Shown here piece by piece: positions 34,637 through 46,906 of a stretch of DNA of 64,000 bases. The translations under genes and the position numbers were made by a program. The first letter of the stretch is position 1; each line of letters begins with the position of its first letter. Source of the stretch: Lama guanicoe (Eukaryota); assembly GCA_013239625.1 (NCBI GenBank), contig MU056905.1:455967-519966 (forward strand), given 5' to 3'. A model generated the notes under the pieces. The model ran no database searches, was not told the DNA's origin, and worked only from the letters and a program-made list of their open reading frames with translations.

Positions 34637-37600
34637 CTGCGGAGGGACATGAAGGAAGTTGGGACCAGACCAAGCAGTGTTTTTCCCCCAAACCCAAGGA
34701 ATATGTGGAGAAAAATAAGGGGTTCTCACCCATCCCCCTTCTTCAAGCTAAGCTCCATTCAACCCAGGCGCACTTGGAGACAGCCTCTCCAGCCTTGCTG
34801 AAATTCACGCCCCTCAACTCGCACATTAGGGAAGATGTGTCTCAGCCAGGGCCACCAGGCTACCCGCATGCACAGGGCACCACTTAGAGACCGCAGTGTG
34901 CACCAGGTCCCTCTAGCTGTGGGCTCTGGCTCTCCCCCTCCTCTCTCCAGTCCCTCTTCTAGAACAGTCCAGGCCAGTCAGTCCATCCTTCCCATGATCT
35001 AATGCAGCCTGATCAGTTCTTTCCCAACTCTGGGGAGGAATCTGACAAAGGTTTGCTCATGGGGCTTAAGGAAAATGGACCTGCTGCTGCTCCATTAGCC
35101 ATCCTGCCCACAAGGCCTCAACCTCCCACAGGACCCACCGCTTGCTGCCCGTTCCTTCCATTTCTGCTTGTTCTCCTGAATGTATTTGGTCCAAGTGGAG
35201 CGGAAGCTGACCACGTCAGGGTTGGGGTCTCCCACTTCCACATCCAGAGAAGGCTGACGCCACTGGAAACTAGAAGCAGGACCCCCCACATGGCAGAGAT
35301 GAGACCCTGCCTCCTCCAGGACGGCCTCCACAGCCCTCAGAGCGGGAGGGATGGAGGACCGGGAGCCTCAGGGAGACCTGTCCCCTCTTCCTTCTGCTAG
35401 GCGGCCCCCGGCCCCCAGCCCTCTCCACACCTTCCCTCCTACTAGAAGGAAAATAAAAGCAGATTCACAGAAAGACAGAGCTAATGGAAGAAAGCAAATC
35501 TAGCAGAGGGAACACGGGCAAGCCACACCCCCTGCCCCCAGCCTCCTGCCCCAACGTGTGACCCGCGGCAGAGGAGCTCCCTGGTTGGGAGTCACCTGCC
35601 TCTCCACACCCCTGCCAGGCCTGAGCCTCCTCCCCGGGAGTCGGTCCTCTCTGGGGTCTCCTGGCTACCCCGGCCACCCTCACCTGGGCTGGTTTTTAGA
35701 CTTGGAGTCCTCATCCCCCATGGGCTGGACACTCTTCTCAGCCACGTCCGTCAGGACAGAGAACGTGGGCTCCACGATGAAGTCGATGAAACCTGCAGGG
35801 CAGGGGGACACGACGTGTGCCTTGGAGGGCCGGGCTATGGCGGGCGTGGCTGTGGCCCCCGACTGCATGTAAAACAGGGGCACCTGGGGCTGAGAAGTTC
35901 CCCAGGGGGGCAGCCTTTGGGACGATGTCTTTGTGACCCAGTCAACTCCTCCCCATCGTTGTCCACCATTGCCCACCCTGGCGCTCCACCCCAGGACCCC
36001 ATGCTCCAACACAGGAGGCTCACCTTGACTGGAATTATGGTTCTGAGGGATGGGGACAAGGAGCAGTCCTGATGCAGGCCCAGAAGGCACCCTCCCCCCT
36101 TCCCCACCCTCTCCTCCCTGCCAGAAGGGACACTCACCAATCTGGGACTGCGCCACGAGCGTGGAGGTTCGGTCACAGAGCGGAGAAAATGGCAGGCCCA
36201 GCTCCGCTTCCTTGTCACCCTGCGGGAGCAGACAAGGCAGGAAAGCACCTCAGTCTACCAGCCTGGGGTGCAGCTGGGGCAGTAGGGGCTGTTGGGGGAG
36301 AAGAGGGATCTCTGTGCCTTTGACCTAAAAATGGGTGGCATGCCAACGGAATGCCTCTGTTGGCAATGACTGTTAGGCTTTGCAGAGATACATTTGATCC
36401 CACAGGTTCGGGATCAGGTCGGCAGCTGCAGGCAGCTGAATGGAGAGCTGGAGTAGGAACAGGGAACTCGGAGAACAAAGGGGAGAGTCCCCGTGGGCAG
36501 GGCGGGCAAAGCTGCCCCAGACCTGGCGGAAGAATTCCTCCATGAGGGCCTTGGTCCAGCGGCTGTGAACCGCCCACTTCTTGGTTGGGTGGCTGATGTC
36601 AGCGGTGTGGAGCAGCAGGGACAGGGCCTTGGACTTGTCAATCCTGTCGGGGCAGGTGACAAGGGAAGGGAGACTGATCTTTTAGGAAAGGGAAGCCCGG
36701 ACCACGCCTAACTTCTCATCACACGCCCTCTCTCAGACCTAACTTCAAACACCTTCTGAGGCTCGACACACACACGTCACACACACACACACTCACACAC
36801 ACACCCATATATGTATAGGAAGCAGCCCAGCTTCTCAGAGTCAAAGAGCTGGGTTCGAATCCCCACTATACCTATCACACTCTAGCTATGTGACACGGAA
36901 CAAGTGACTTAAAATGTCCATATTTCATTTTCCTCAATCCTAAGTGGAAATAATAACAGAATCTGCCACACAGAGTTGTTCTGAAAATTAAATGACATAC
37001 AACATAAAAGTATTTAGAAGAGTGTCTGGCACCTAATAAGTGCTCAGTAGATGTTGTCTGTAATTATTATTATTATAACGATTATTGTTATTTCCCAACA
37101 ATGCCACGCTCTGACATTGCACACTCTCCCCCACACGGACACCATACAATAACACACACCTTTAGGCCACACACAAACACAGCCTGCTCTCTCTTACATC
37201 TGTATACTCCCACCCACTCTGCAGCAACATTAGATGTAATTACGGCATTTGTTCTGTGCTTTTTCATTTAACCTCACACGACTCTCCCAACGGCCCGCTT
37301 AGAGTAGAAACTGGTGGCAAGCTGTCGTGGAGGGAGGCATATCATTTTCACATTTCACAGGTAGGGAAACGAGTCCAGAAGGCTGAATGATTTTCGCAAC
37401 TTTCCAGAAGAAGCCTGTCCTGAAGCTGCCATGAGAATGCCCATCTCAGACCCCCAGCCCAAGTGCTCTCCAGCAGACAGGCTGCCTGCGCCGCACACGA
37501 GCCCGGGCCACGGGCACACACGTCACATACATGAGATGTCAAGACCTGGCACACCTATGACCCATGTGGACGCCCCCATTTCACACACCCCTCACTCTGG

Positions 37601-40600
37601 CCTATCCCCAGCCACGCCCCACCAGATGTCACCTCTCCAGCTGCTGCAAGGCCGTCTTCATGGTCTTCACTTGCTGGAAATGGCAGGACATGTCTGTGGC
37701 CAACACCATCTCGATGACCAGGGCCCGCAACTCTCTGAATGGACAGAACCCAAGCAGGGATCAGCACTGCTAGGTGGGCGGTCCGGAAAGCGGGAAGGGA
37801 GGGCTTGGGGGTAAGGGGTCTCTCAGGGATGCCCACTCCTGGCGTCTGCTCACACAAACTCATCCTTGGTGAGGTTGATGAAAATGTTCATCTCATCATC
37901 CTGCATCAACCGGAAAACAGAGCTGATGTGGTGATTCTCCAGCACTGAGCGATCATTGTACAGGATGGCACATTCTGACCTGCAAAGCCCAAGGTCACGG
38001 TGTCCAGCCCTCTGTACCTCCACTGGGCCCCTCCCGCCCCTGCTTCGTCCCCACCCCTCACTTGGTCTGGATGTGGAAGCTGTTGGTAGTGCCTGTGTGC
38101 TCATAGTCATGGATGGCTGCAGCAAACACGATGGCCAGGACCTCGATCTCCGACAGGCAGTGCTGGGAGAAAGAGACAGAGGATGAGAGGAGGCTGGCCT
38201 CTGCCAGTCGCTGCCCGGAGACCTCCACACACAGGCTGGACGCTCAGCCCAGCCCTTCCATTCCTCAAGGCCAGCTCTTGAGCTAATGCACCCATGTTTC
38301 TCAGCTCCTAGAATGGCCAAAGACCCTTCTCCATCCCGACTGGCAACATTCCCACTGCATCCCAGCACACGTCCCCAGCACTGCCCATGAAGTCACGGTC
38401 CAGCCAGGAATTCTCTAGAGTGAGTAAGTCCCATCTGACTCTGTAAAGGCTTTGGGATGCCAAAGGAGAGGAATCAAAGAGAGAAAAAGGGAAATGAGAG
38501 TACAGTCTAGACTGCCCAGTGCTGCAGCCATAAAACCTTGAATCACAGAAGAGCGATCTCCGGGGCACCTACCACCATCCCTGTGCGGAGCAAGAAGCAA
38601 TGGACCGTCTGGGTAACATCAGCTGCATGAATCTGGTTGTGGTAAGGATTCTTGTACTTCCCATAGCCTGTCTCCAAGGCATCCAGGAAAGTCATCAAAA
38701 ACACAGTGGGAATCTGCAGGAGGAGGAGGAAACTGAGATACGTGGAGGGTGTGCGGGAGTTGGGGAGGGGGGTGGCCGAGGATGAAGGTCAGCAAGGCCC
38801 TCTTTCTTTAGAAGGCAACATAGCAGGGGAGATGATGGCCCCTCAATCGGTGAACCTGGCTCACATCCTGGCTCTACACCTGTTGGCTGTGTGACCGTGG
38901 GCAAGTCACGTGCCTCTCTGTGCCTCAGATGCTTAATTGCAGAATGAATACCACCTACCTTAAGTTTAATGAGATAAGTACAAGGCACTTAAGTGTTCTC
39001 TAAAGAGTAGCTATAATTATTATTTCCCTGAAGATTTTTTAGAAAAGGAAAGAAAACTTCCCTCCTGGCTTCCAACTACCCTACTCCATCCCCGGAGCCA
39101 TGGAGAGGGGCTCAGAAGCAAGGGAAAGAATCAGATGGCCTGGAGAGCAGTCTTCTAGCCAGATGCGGATCACTCCCTCCTCTGAGAAACATTCCCTACC
39201 CACCACCTCCACCACACACTCTCAAGCACTCAGTCTCTGCATACGCCCAGAGGGTACAACTGCCTCCTTCAAAGACCCAAGGCTCCTCTGAGACTGGGAG
39301 GAGAGTAGGGTTTAGGACTTGCAGAGATGAGCAGTAGGGGTGAGGCACAGGAGATGTGCCACTAGTCAGTCAGACCCTAACATCCCCGGCCCCCACCCCT
39401 GGAGGGCTGTGCCCCAAATTCAGGGAATTTTAAAGGACCGTTTCCATGACAACTGCCCTTGCTTTTCTGTTGCCATGGCGTCCCTGGAGGAAGAGAAGGG
39501 AAGGGGAGGAGCAGGGGAGGGGCCGGGTGCCCAGGAAAGGAATATGGAGCTTGACAAGGGGTCTTTACCAGGAGAGAGGACTAGAGCGAGAAGGTCCCTC
39601 TCCGACTGCCTTGGAACAAAGCAGGCTGGGGCTGGGCCAAACCCAACCTGACGCAGTTACTCTTGGGGTCCCCTACAACCATCCTTCCAAGTGAGGGAGC
39701 ACCAGTAGGAGAATTTGGTGTCTGGAGGAAGTCTGAGAACCAGTCTGGAGCTGGGAAACAAGAGCTGGGAAAAGTCTTAGGAAAAAGAGGATCTTGCTGT
39801 TCTCTGTCCTGGAGAGGGCAGGATTGGAAAGAAGAAAATGAAACTGCAGAGGAACAGGCCTCAGGGAGGCACTGGGGAAACTTCCAGCTGAGCATCTCAG
39901 GAAAGTTCTGGAAACCCTCTGGGGAGCTGTTGTAAAAGGCGGAGTCAAAGAAAGGCTCTCACACATCAATAGTCTGTTGTAGTGAAGTGGAGGCAGAGGG
40001 TGACCTGGTGACTCCCCGAAGCCCTCTGAGAGGGGCCCTCCAACTGGACTCCGTTGACGCCCCCATGCCCCTCAGAACACATGCATTTTCCTCCACCCTA
40101 ACGTCTATTGTGAGCCCCACGTAAGTGCTGAACAAATATCCCCTTTGTGGTTCTTTGGCCCTGCCTCACCCTCCACCTCCAAGTATGGTTTTCCCACATG
40201 GAAGTGATTCTTTTCCAGCTCCTGTTCCCAAAAGAACCTTCTGGCACAGGGATCTGAAGAGGACTTTAATCCCATATTCTTCCTGGCCAGCCAAGAGCAA
40301 ATGAGTTCACACCCTCCCTGCGCACCTACAGCCCTACCTAGCCCTGCCAAGAGCTGATCCTCTCCATAAAATTCCTTGGACAGAGGCAAGAGCTGGAGGG
40401 GGAGGAGAGGGGGAGGAGAGGGAGAGGGGAGGGAGAGGCCCCGCCCCCAAAACAAATGGAGAGGTGCTAGTCCCGCAGGGCACGGCTGACAGCATCTGGA
40501 CTCCAGGCTGCCCGTGTGCACGGGCAGGGGGCAGGAGGGCTGAAACAGGGAGCTGGACTTGCAGCCAGACCGGGGAGGGCAAGTGAGGGGACAAAGTGAA

Positions 40601-43600
40601 TGGGGAAAGGGCAGGCTCCTAGGCTGGACAGTTGCAGGGCTAGAATCTTCCCCTAGAAAGCAATAAATCAAGTCAGAGGCTGGGACTGCAGGGAGTGAAG
40701 GAAAAGGTAGACTAGGATGGGCATGGGGAGACATCCCTGACAGTGAGACGGAGGGAGGGAAGGAGCCTGTGGAATCCGCCCGTTTGGACTCTCGGAGAAC
40801 AGGAGCAATGGGAGTGGAGAATCCTGCCCAGAGGCAGGGCTAGGATGCTCCCAACCTTAAAGCGGCTGATGAGGTTGTGCCGAGTCAGCAGCTCAAAAAC
40901 AATGGTCCTCAAGGCATGGTCATCTGCTGCCCGGTTCAAGGAAAAGACATCAAAGCACCAGAGGTCCAGGTTCTGTGAAGAAACAAGGAACTAGACAGAG
41001 AGACTCCCAAGGGGGGACATCCCAGCAGCAGCAAGGGCTGCAGTTAGACTTCAAGGAGGACTTCCCGATGATTACAGAGGCTTGAGAAGCAGGAAAACAA
41101 AGAAGTGGTGAAATGGCCCTCTTTCTTCCCAGATATCTCTCCATATGGAGCGACAAGAAGTCAGGAATTGGCCTCTGGGGTGGGCAAAAGTTGTTTTGAG
41201 GAACATGGAAACAACAGTTAAAAGGGAAGGCAAAAATCACCCCATAAAGAGTATGACTGCCCCAATGACTCTTCCATCCCCCAACTCCTCCTCTTGCCTG
41301 AAAACCCAGGGATCACCTTGAGACAGTTGAGGACCGCAGTGGAGTAGGTGGGGCCCACAGAGGTGTACGTTCTCCGGAACATCCTGAGGGAGAGGAAGAA
41401 AAGAAGCTCAGGTGTGAGGTCTGGGGGTGGGGTCTGATCAGGTGGGGTCCTGGAAGACCAAGGTGGCTGGGAGAGAGAGACACAGCTAGAGGCAGAGCAA
41501 GGCAGGGCGTGGGCAAGCCTCACCGTTCCACGAAGATCCCAGCCTGCACCGCATGCACGATGCTCCGGAACTTGGGCTTCTCCTCCGCTCGGCGGCCCTT
41601 GGCCCGAGTCTGCTGGGTGAAGGTGGAAGCCAGCCAGTCCCGCACCTCCGAAGGCACCGCGTCTGACCGCAGCTCCTGCAGCTCATCCTCCGTGTCCAAG
41701 ATTTGCCTGAGGCCCCAGAAGAGGAGTCACAGAGCAAAGACAGCAGGTGCTTCCACAGTCTAGAGACCCTGGGCCCAGCCACACCCCACGCCTTGAAAAC
41801 TCTCACAGCGGCTCTCTCCCTCCTCTGACCCTCGCTTTCCTTTCTTTCGCTAAGTCTTTTTTATTTCTGTTTCTCTTTCTGATGTCTCCAATAATGAAAC
41901 TGGTCACTATGTGAGGTAGTGAGCAGCCCAACTCTGGAAGTGTTCAAGCAGACAGTGGAATGGGTACCACCCATGGAGGATGCTACAGACCAGCAGCACT
42001 GTCCAGCAGAAATAAAATGCAAACCATACATAAGTCACTTAAAGTTTTCTGGTAGCCACCTTCAAAGGTTAAAAAGAACCAGGTGAAATTCATTTTAATA
42101 ATGAATTTTCTTTAACCTAATGTACCCACAGTATTATCATTAACATGGAATCAATATAAAATACATGATTGAGATATTTGACATTCTTTTCTCTAAATCT
42201 TTGAAATCCAGCATGGATTTTATATATACACACACGTCTCAATGCTCACTTGCCACGTTTCAAGCCCCAATAGCCATGTGTGACCAGTGGCCCCCATCCT
42301 GGGCAGCAACAGTCTGGAAGGCTTCCCCACTGGCAAGGTTAGGACCAGATGAGCTGTAAGGCCTTTCCAGCTCTGGAACAGTCTTCTCCTCTTCTTGTGT
42401 TTGTTGCTATTTCCACAACTCTCTGTCTGTCCCTCTGTATCTCTGTCAAAATCTCTACCTATAGATCTACCTGCCCTGCCCCTCCTCCTCCCTGCTCTGG
42501 CCCTGTCACACGTGTCGATCTCCAGCTTTCTGTCTGACTCCCCAGCCTGGATGACTGTGTCTGTCTGGTAGCTTTCTCCCCCGTGTGTATGTCTCTCCCG
42601 CAGCCCAGGGTCACCCCTCTCACCGCGTCTCATCTATATAGACGGCCTCCAGCAGGGAAGCTGTGTACTCCAGGTTTTTCTTCAGTTCCTCAATGTTCAC
42701 CTCCCCGTTCTCCAACTGCTTCACCATGCAGCGCAGCCTGCGGGGGAGGGGACAGACAACCTGCTCAGGTGCTGCTTCCTTGTCAGGAGAGCAGGATACC
42801 CTCTAACAGGACGCATTTTACAGAAACAGCCTTAGTCTTCCATAAACCATTCATCTTTCTAATAGAATAACAGCAGCTGACGTGTTTCATCACAGGCTGT
42901 TGCCAGGGCTTGTACTAAGTTTATCCACCCCCCTAAAGTTAAACCCCAGGCTTTTCCTGACTCCACAGACCCCATCCCCCTCTGACCATTAACACCCTAT
43001 TTTAGTCAGTTTTCCCTGAAAACTCTTGTTTAGATTGCCCAGGCTCAGAAGAATCAGGCAGGTACAAGCCCCTGGTGTGATGTTTCAGGGATGATCTGTT
43101 TCATAGTCTGAATAACCAAGAGCTGAAACTGCTTTTTTCCCCCTGAAACAGGGCTCTGGGATCAACAGCCATCAAAAGAGCCCCCAGGATTCTTTCATTA
43201 TGTCTCTTGGTCTTGGCAGGTTAGGGGAACATGTCCACAGCTCCTCTGTCCCTGGCAAGGATGGCAAAGACACAGAACAAAGACCAATCTGAATGCTTTC
43301 GCCTGGCCTCCCTCCATCCAGGCAGAGCTAATGGATTATGATTCCAGAATCCATCAACCGGGACAAAGCAGGATTAACCCCTGCCTCCCCAGGTTGCACC
43401 CTCTGGCAAAGGGTGGCTGTACCCATCCCGTCTCTGCCCTGCAGCATCCAGAGTAGTGAAGGTAGGGTCAGGGTTCTCACCTACTAGACCCTTTGCCTGA
43501 AGAGACAATCCCTCATATTTTACACTCACCAGTTCTGAGGGACAGTGATTAACAGGGAGGCTTCTTAAAAGTCTGGTTTGTGACTGCCTGAGTCCGGCCC

Positions 43601-46600
43601 AGGCAGTCACAAAGCAAACAAAGCTCTCTGACTTTAGATGGTGATTTTAAAGTAAGCAATTAAACATTCCTTTCTGGCTCCTTCCCCCAGCCCTGCCCCA
43701 CCCCACCTAAAACCAAGGTGGGGTGAGATGGTGGCCAGCACAATTTCCCACTGAAAGGGGCTTCAGAAACCCAAGGTCACCCTATGAGTCAGGAAAGAGA
43801 AGAGAATGAGTCAGGGACCAGAGGCTGAAATTAGCATCAGTTCCCAGGGTTGCCGGGGGAGGGAGAACAATGGCGTTCCTGAACAGAAGCAGCTCTAGAA
43901 TTCCGGGGTCCCAGCAGCTTTGGAATAGGGCGCCCAAAATAGCCAGCCCCGGGAAGCATCACTGGCCAGCTCTCACCTAAGAGACAAGCAGTCCCGGACG
44001 AAGACAGGTCTGAATGCAAACGGGGCAAAAGGGAAAGGGGAAAAGTGGGGAAAGACGTTGAAGGGTGACACTAGAGCCTCCTGGTGGGCTATCTTCAAGT
44101 CCCACTTCCAGCCTTCCTGCTGCCCCGTCTCCACATGGAGACAGCAAGCTGTTCAACAAGAAAGAGCCCAGGGTTCAGTAAAGCTCAGCCCCAGCTTAGG
44201 CTCCACTAGGGAGGAGGAATAGAGGCTGAAGAGCACAAAAGGTTTTCTGGCCAATGAGCTAGCAAGGGGTGACTGAGCCAGCATCTCCCTGAGTGCAGAC
44301 TCAGAGGTCACAGGGCAAAGATTACAGTGTGCTCGGCCTTTGGGGCCCAGGCACAAGCTGGGGCTTCCCTCTCCTGGTCAGTCCCCGTGGCCAGGGACCC
44401 TTGAATCTGGAGACACACAACTCAGGAAGAAAGAAAGGCTGCTGGTCCCACCTCTCCCCCAGATTCCCATCCCAGCCCTAATCTTCCACTTCCATCAGCC
44501 CTTTTACAGCCAAAAACTCTGCCCACTGGGGGTCAATGCCCACCGCCGAAGTTCTTCCTTCTTTCCTGAGCCACCTCGAGGAAACACACAGCCCAGCACA
44601 GGCTCCCAAAGTGAACAGCCAGCCAAACCCACGGGTGCTCATTTGCATGGATTCGCATAATCTGTAACAATGCTGCCAGCTCTACATTTTAAAAAGCGCT
44701 GTCTCCTACATTATCTCCTTTTATCCTCACAATGGGCCTAGAGAGGGAGGGTGGCGGGGAAGACACCCGTTTGTCTAATGTAGAAACCCAGGCTCCCGAG
44801 GCAGCTCCGGGAGGCAGGAATCCTGGATTCAAACTTTTCACTTCCTGGCTCTGAGCCCCTGGGCAAGTCTAATTCTTCACCAGTGCCCGCCAAAGTGAGG
44901 CCCGTAGATCACCAGTATCAGAATCACCTGCGATACTTGTGAAACTGTTCGATTCTAGGCCTCACTGCATACCTATTGAACCAGAATTTCTAAGGTATGA
45001 GTCCAGAGATCTGCATTTTTAACAAGCATCCCAGGTGATTCTCACACACCCTGAAGTTTGAGAACCTTTATCTTCGAGCTTCAGTTCCTTCATCTGTTAA
45101 ATAGTGAGGATAATAATAAACCATGTTTGAAGGGCTGTAATACAAGGATTAAATGAAATAATGTATTCGAAAGGCCTTGCATATACAATGAGGCTCTATA
45201 AATGTGATCTGAATTGGAATTAACTGACCAGCATCCTGCCGGCCCTACCCAGCTCACACCCCACTCCCTTCAAATCCGACAAGCAGCTGCCTGCTCTATC
45301 CCAAGTCCGGGTGGAGAAGAGTGCCCCTAGTTTGGTTGGAGGCTGGTAATTAGGAAGCCCCTTAACAGAGGAAATGGGAGAATGGTAATGGTTGTAATCT
45401 CGCCTTGATAATTACCTGACTTGAGCCTCACAATCATCTTATAGGGAGTTTGAGTGACTTGTCCAAGGTCGCACAACCTGTCAATCTCTGTCAAGCCTAC
45501 AGCTCACTCTGCTGGAGCCTAACTATGCCCCAGATACCAAAGGTGTTGGGGCAGAAGGAGCTTGATCGTGTAACTGGCTTGGAGGGAGGCTGGGCCTCAT
45601 TGCATCAGAGCTCCTTCCGGCTCAGTCACCCATCCTTCATGGGGTGATGGTGCTTGGTGGCCCACAATAGACTGGGGAGGTGTCTTGATGCCAGTGACGG
45701 TGATTTGTCTATCCTGGCAGCTGTGCTCAGAGCACCCAGTAACATGCTCAGTAAATGTTCACTAAAGAAATAAAAGGGAAAGGAGGCAGATTAATCGGGA
45801 AGCTGTCTGCCAGAGCTCACAATTGTCAACTCAGAACCAGGGTTTCTGAAACTCCAATGGAGAGTCTGGGGAGAAGAGTGAGGTCCTGGGCTGGCTTTCA
45901 ACACACCCTGTCCTCCAAGTTCCTCCCCCTCCCCGTCTTGATCTTGTCCAGGAGCTCTTTCATAGCTCCTGTTAAAATCTGAACCCAACATGATCCAGAC
46001 ACCAGAAGGAAGAGGAGGGAGGAAAAGGATAAATCTGACAAACGGGGAGTCCAAGGAGGGGACCTGGACTTGGGCAGCTGGAGGGATCCAGGTGCTGCAC
46101 TTCCCCCTCCTGAAGTTACATAACTCTCCTGCACAAAACTTCCTGGCCTGGCAGGGCCTCTCTGATTCTAACGTCCTTCAGAGTTAGGATCTCCTCAGAC
46201 CCACCCAAAGTCCTCACCTCACCAAGCTTCTGCAGGAAGTCCTACTTCCCCACTCACGTCAGTTTTCCTCTAGCCCCTCTGGTTCAGTACTCAGAGAATC
46301 TGGCACAGGTCCCTTTCCCTGCAGAATAGGATGCTCACCCCTGTCCACTCTTCATCCAGACTTAAGGAAAACTTGAAGCTTCCCAACAGCCCTTCCACTC
46401 CATCCCTAGTTTTGGTTCACCACCACCACTTCTTCCTCCTCTACCCTCAGTCCCTGCCCCAAAGGAGAGCCTCAGATCCTGACCACTGGAGGCCCGAGTC
46501 TCTCCCAGCTATAGGCAGCCAGCTGGCAAAGGTGGCTCCGGGCAGTAGGAATCCCAACATCCCAGAAGACTGCAGCTCCCCCAGCCCCCATCAGAGGACC

Positions 46601-46868
46601 CGGCGATTTCCAAAGCCCCCTGCCACTACTTCCACCACTACCCTCCCCAAAATACCACTATAAGTGGGGAGCATGGGACAGGGCAGCCTCAAGCTAAGGG
46701 GCTGGGAGTTGAGAGAAGACTTTTACTTCCCTTTCAGGCTTTTAAGACCAGGTGAGGAGATACTGGAGGAATGTGAGGTCCTAAGGATGCTGGGGCTGCT
46801 GGAGGTCAGGAAGGAAAGAGGGGAAACACTGCTAAGTCACCTGTCACTCACTGCTAAGTCACAAACAT

Positions 46869-46906
<38 letters not shown>

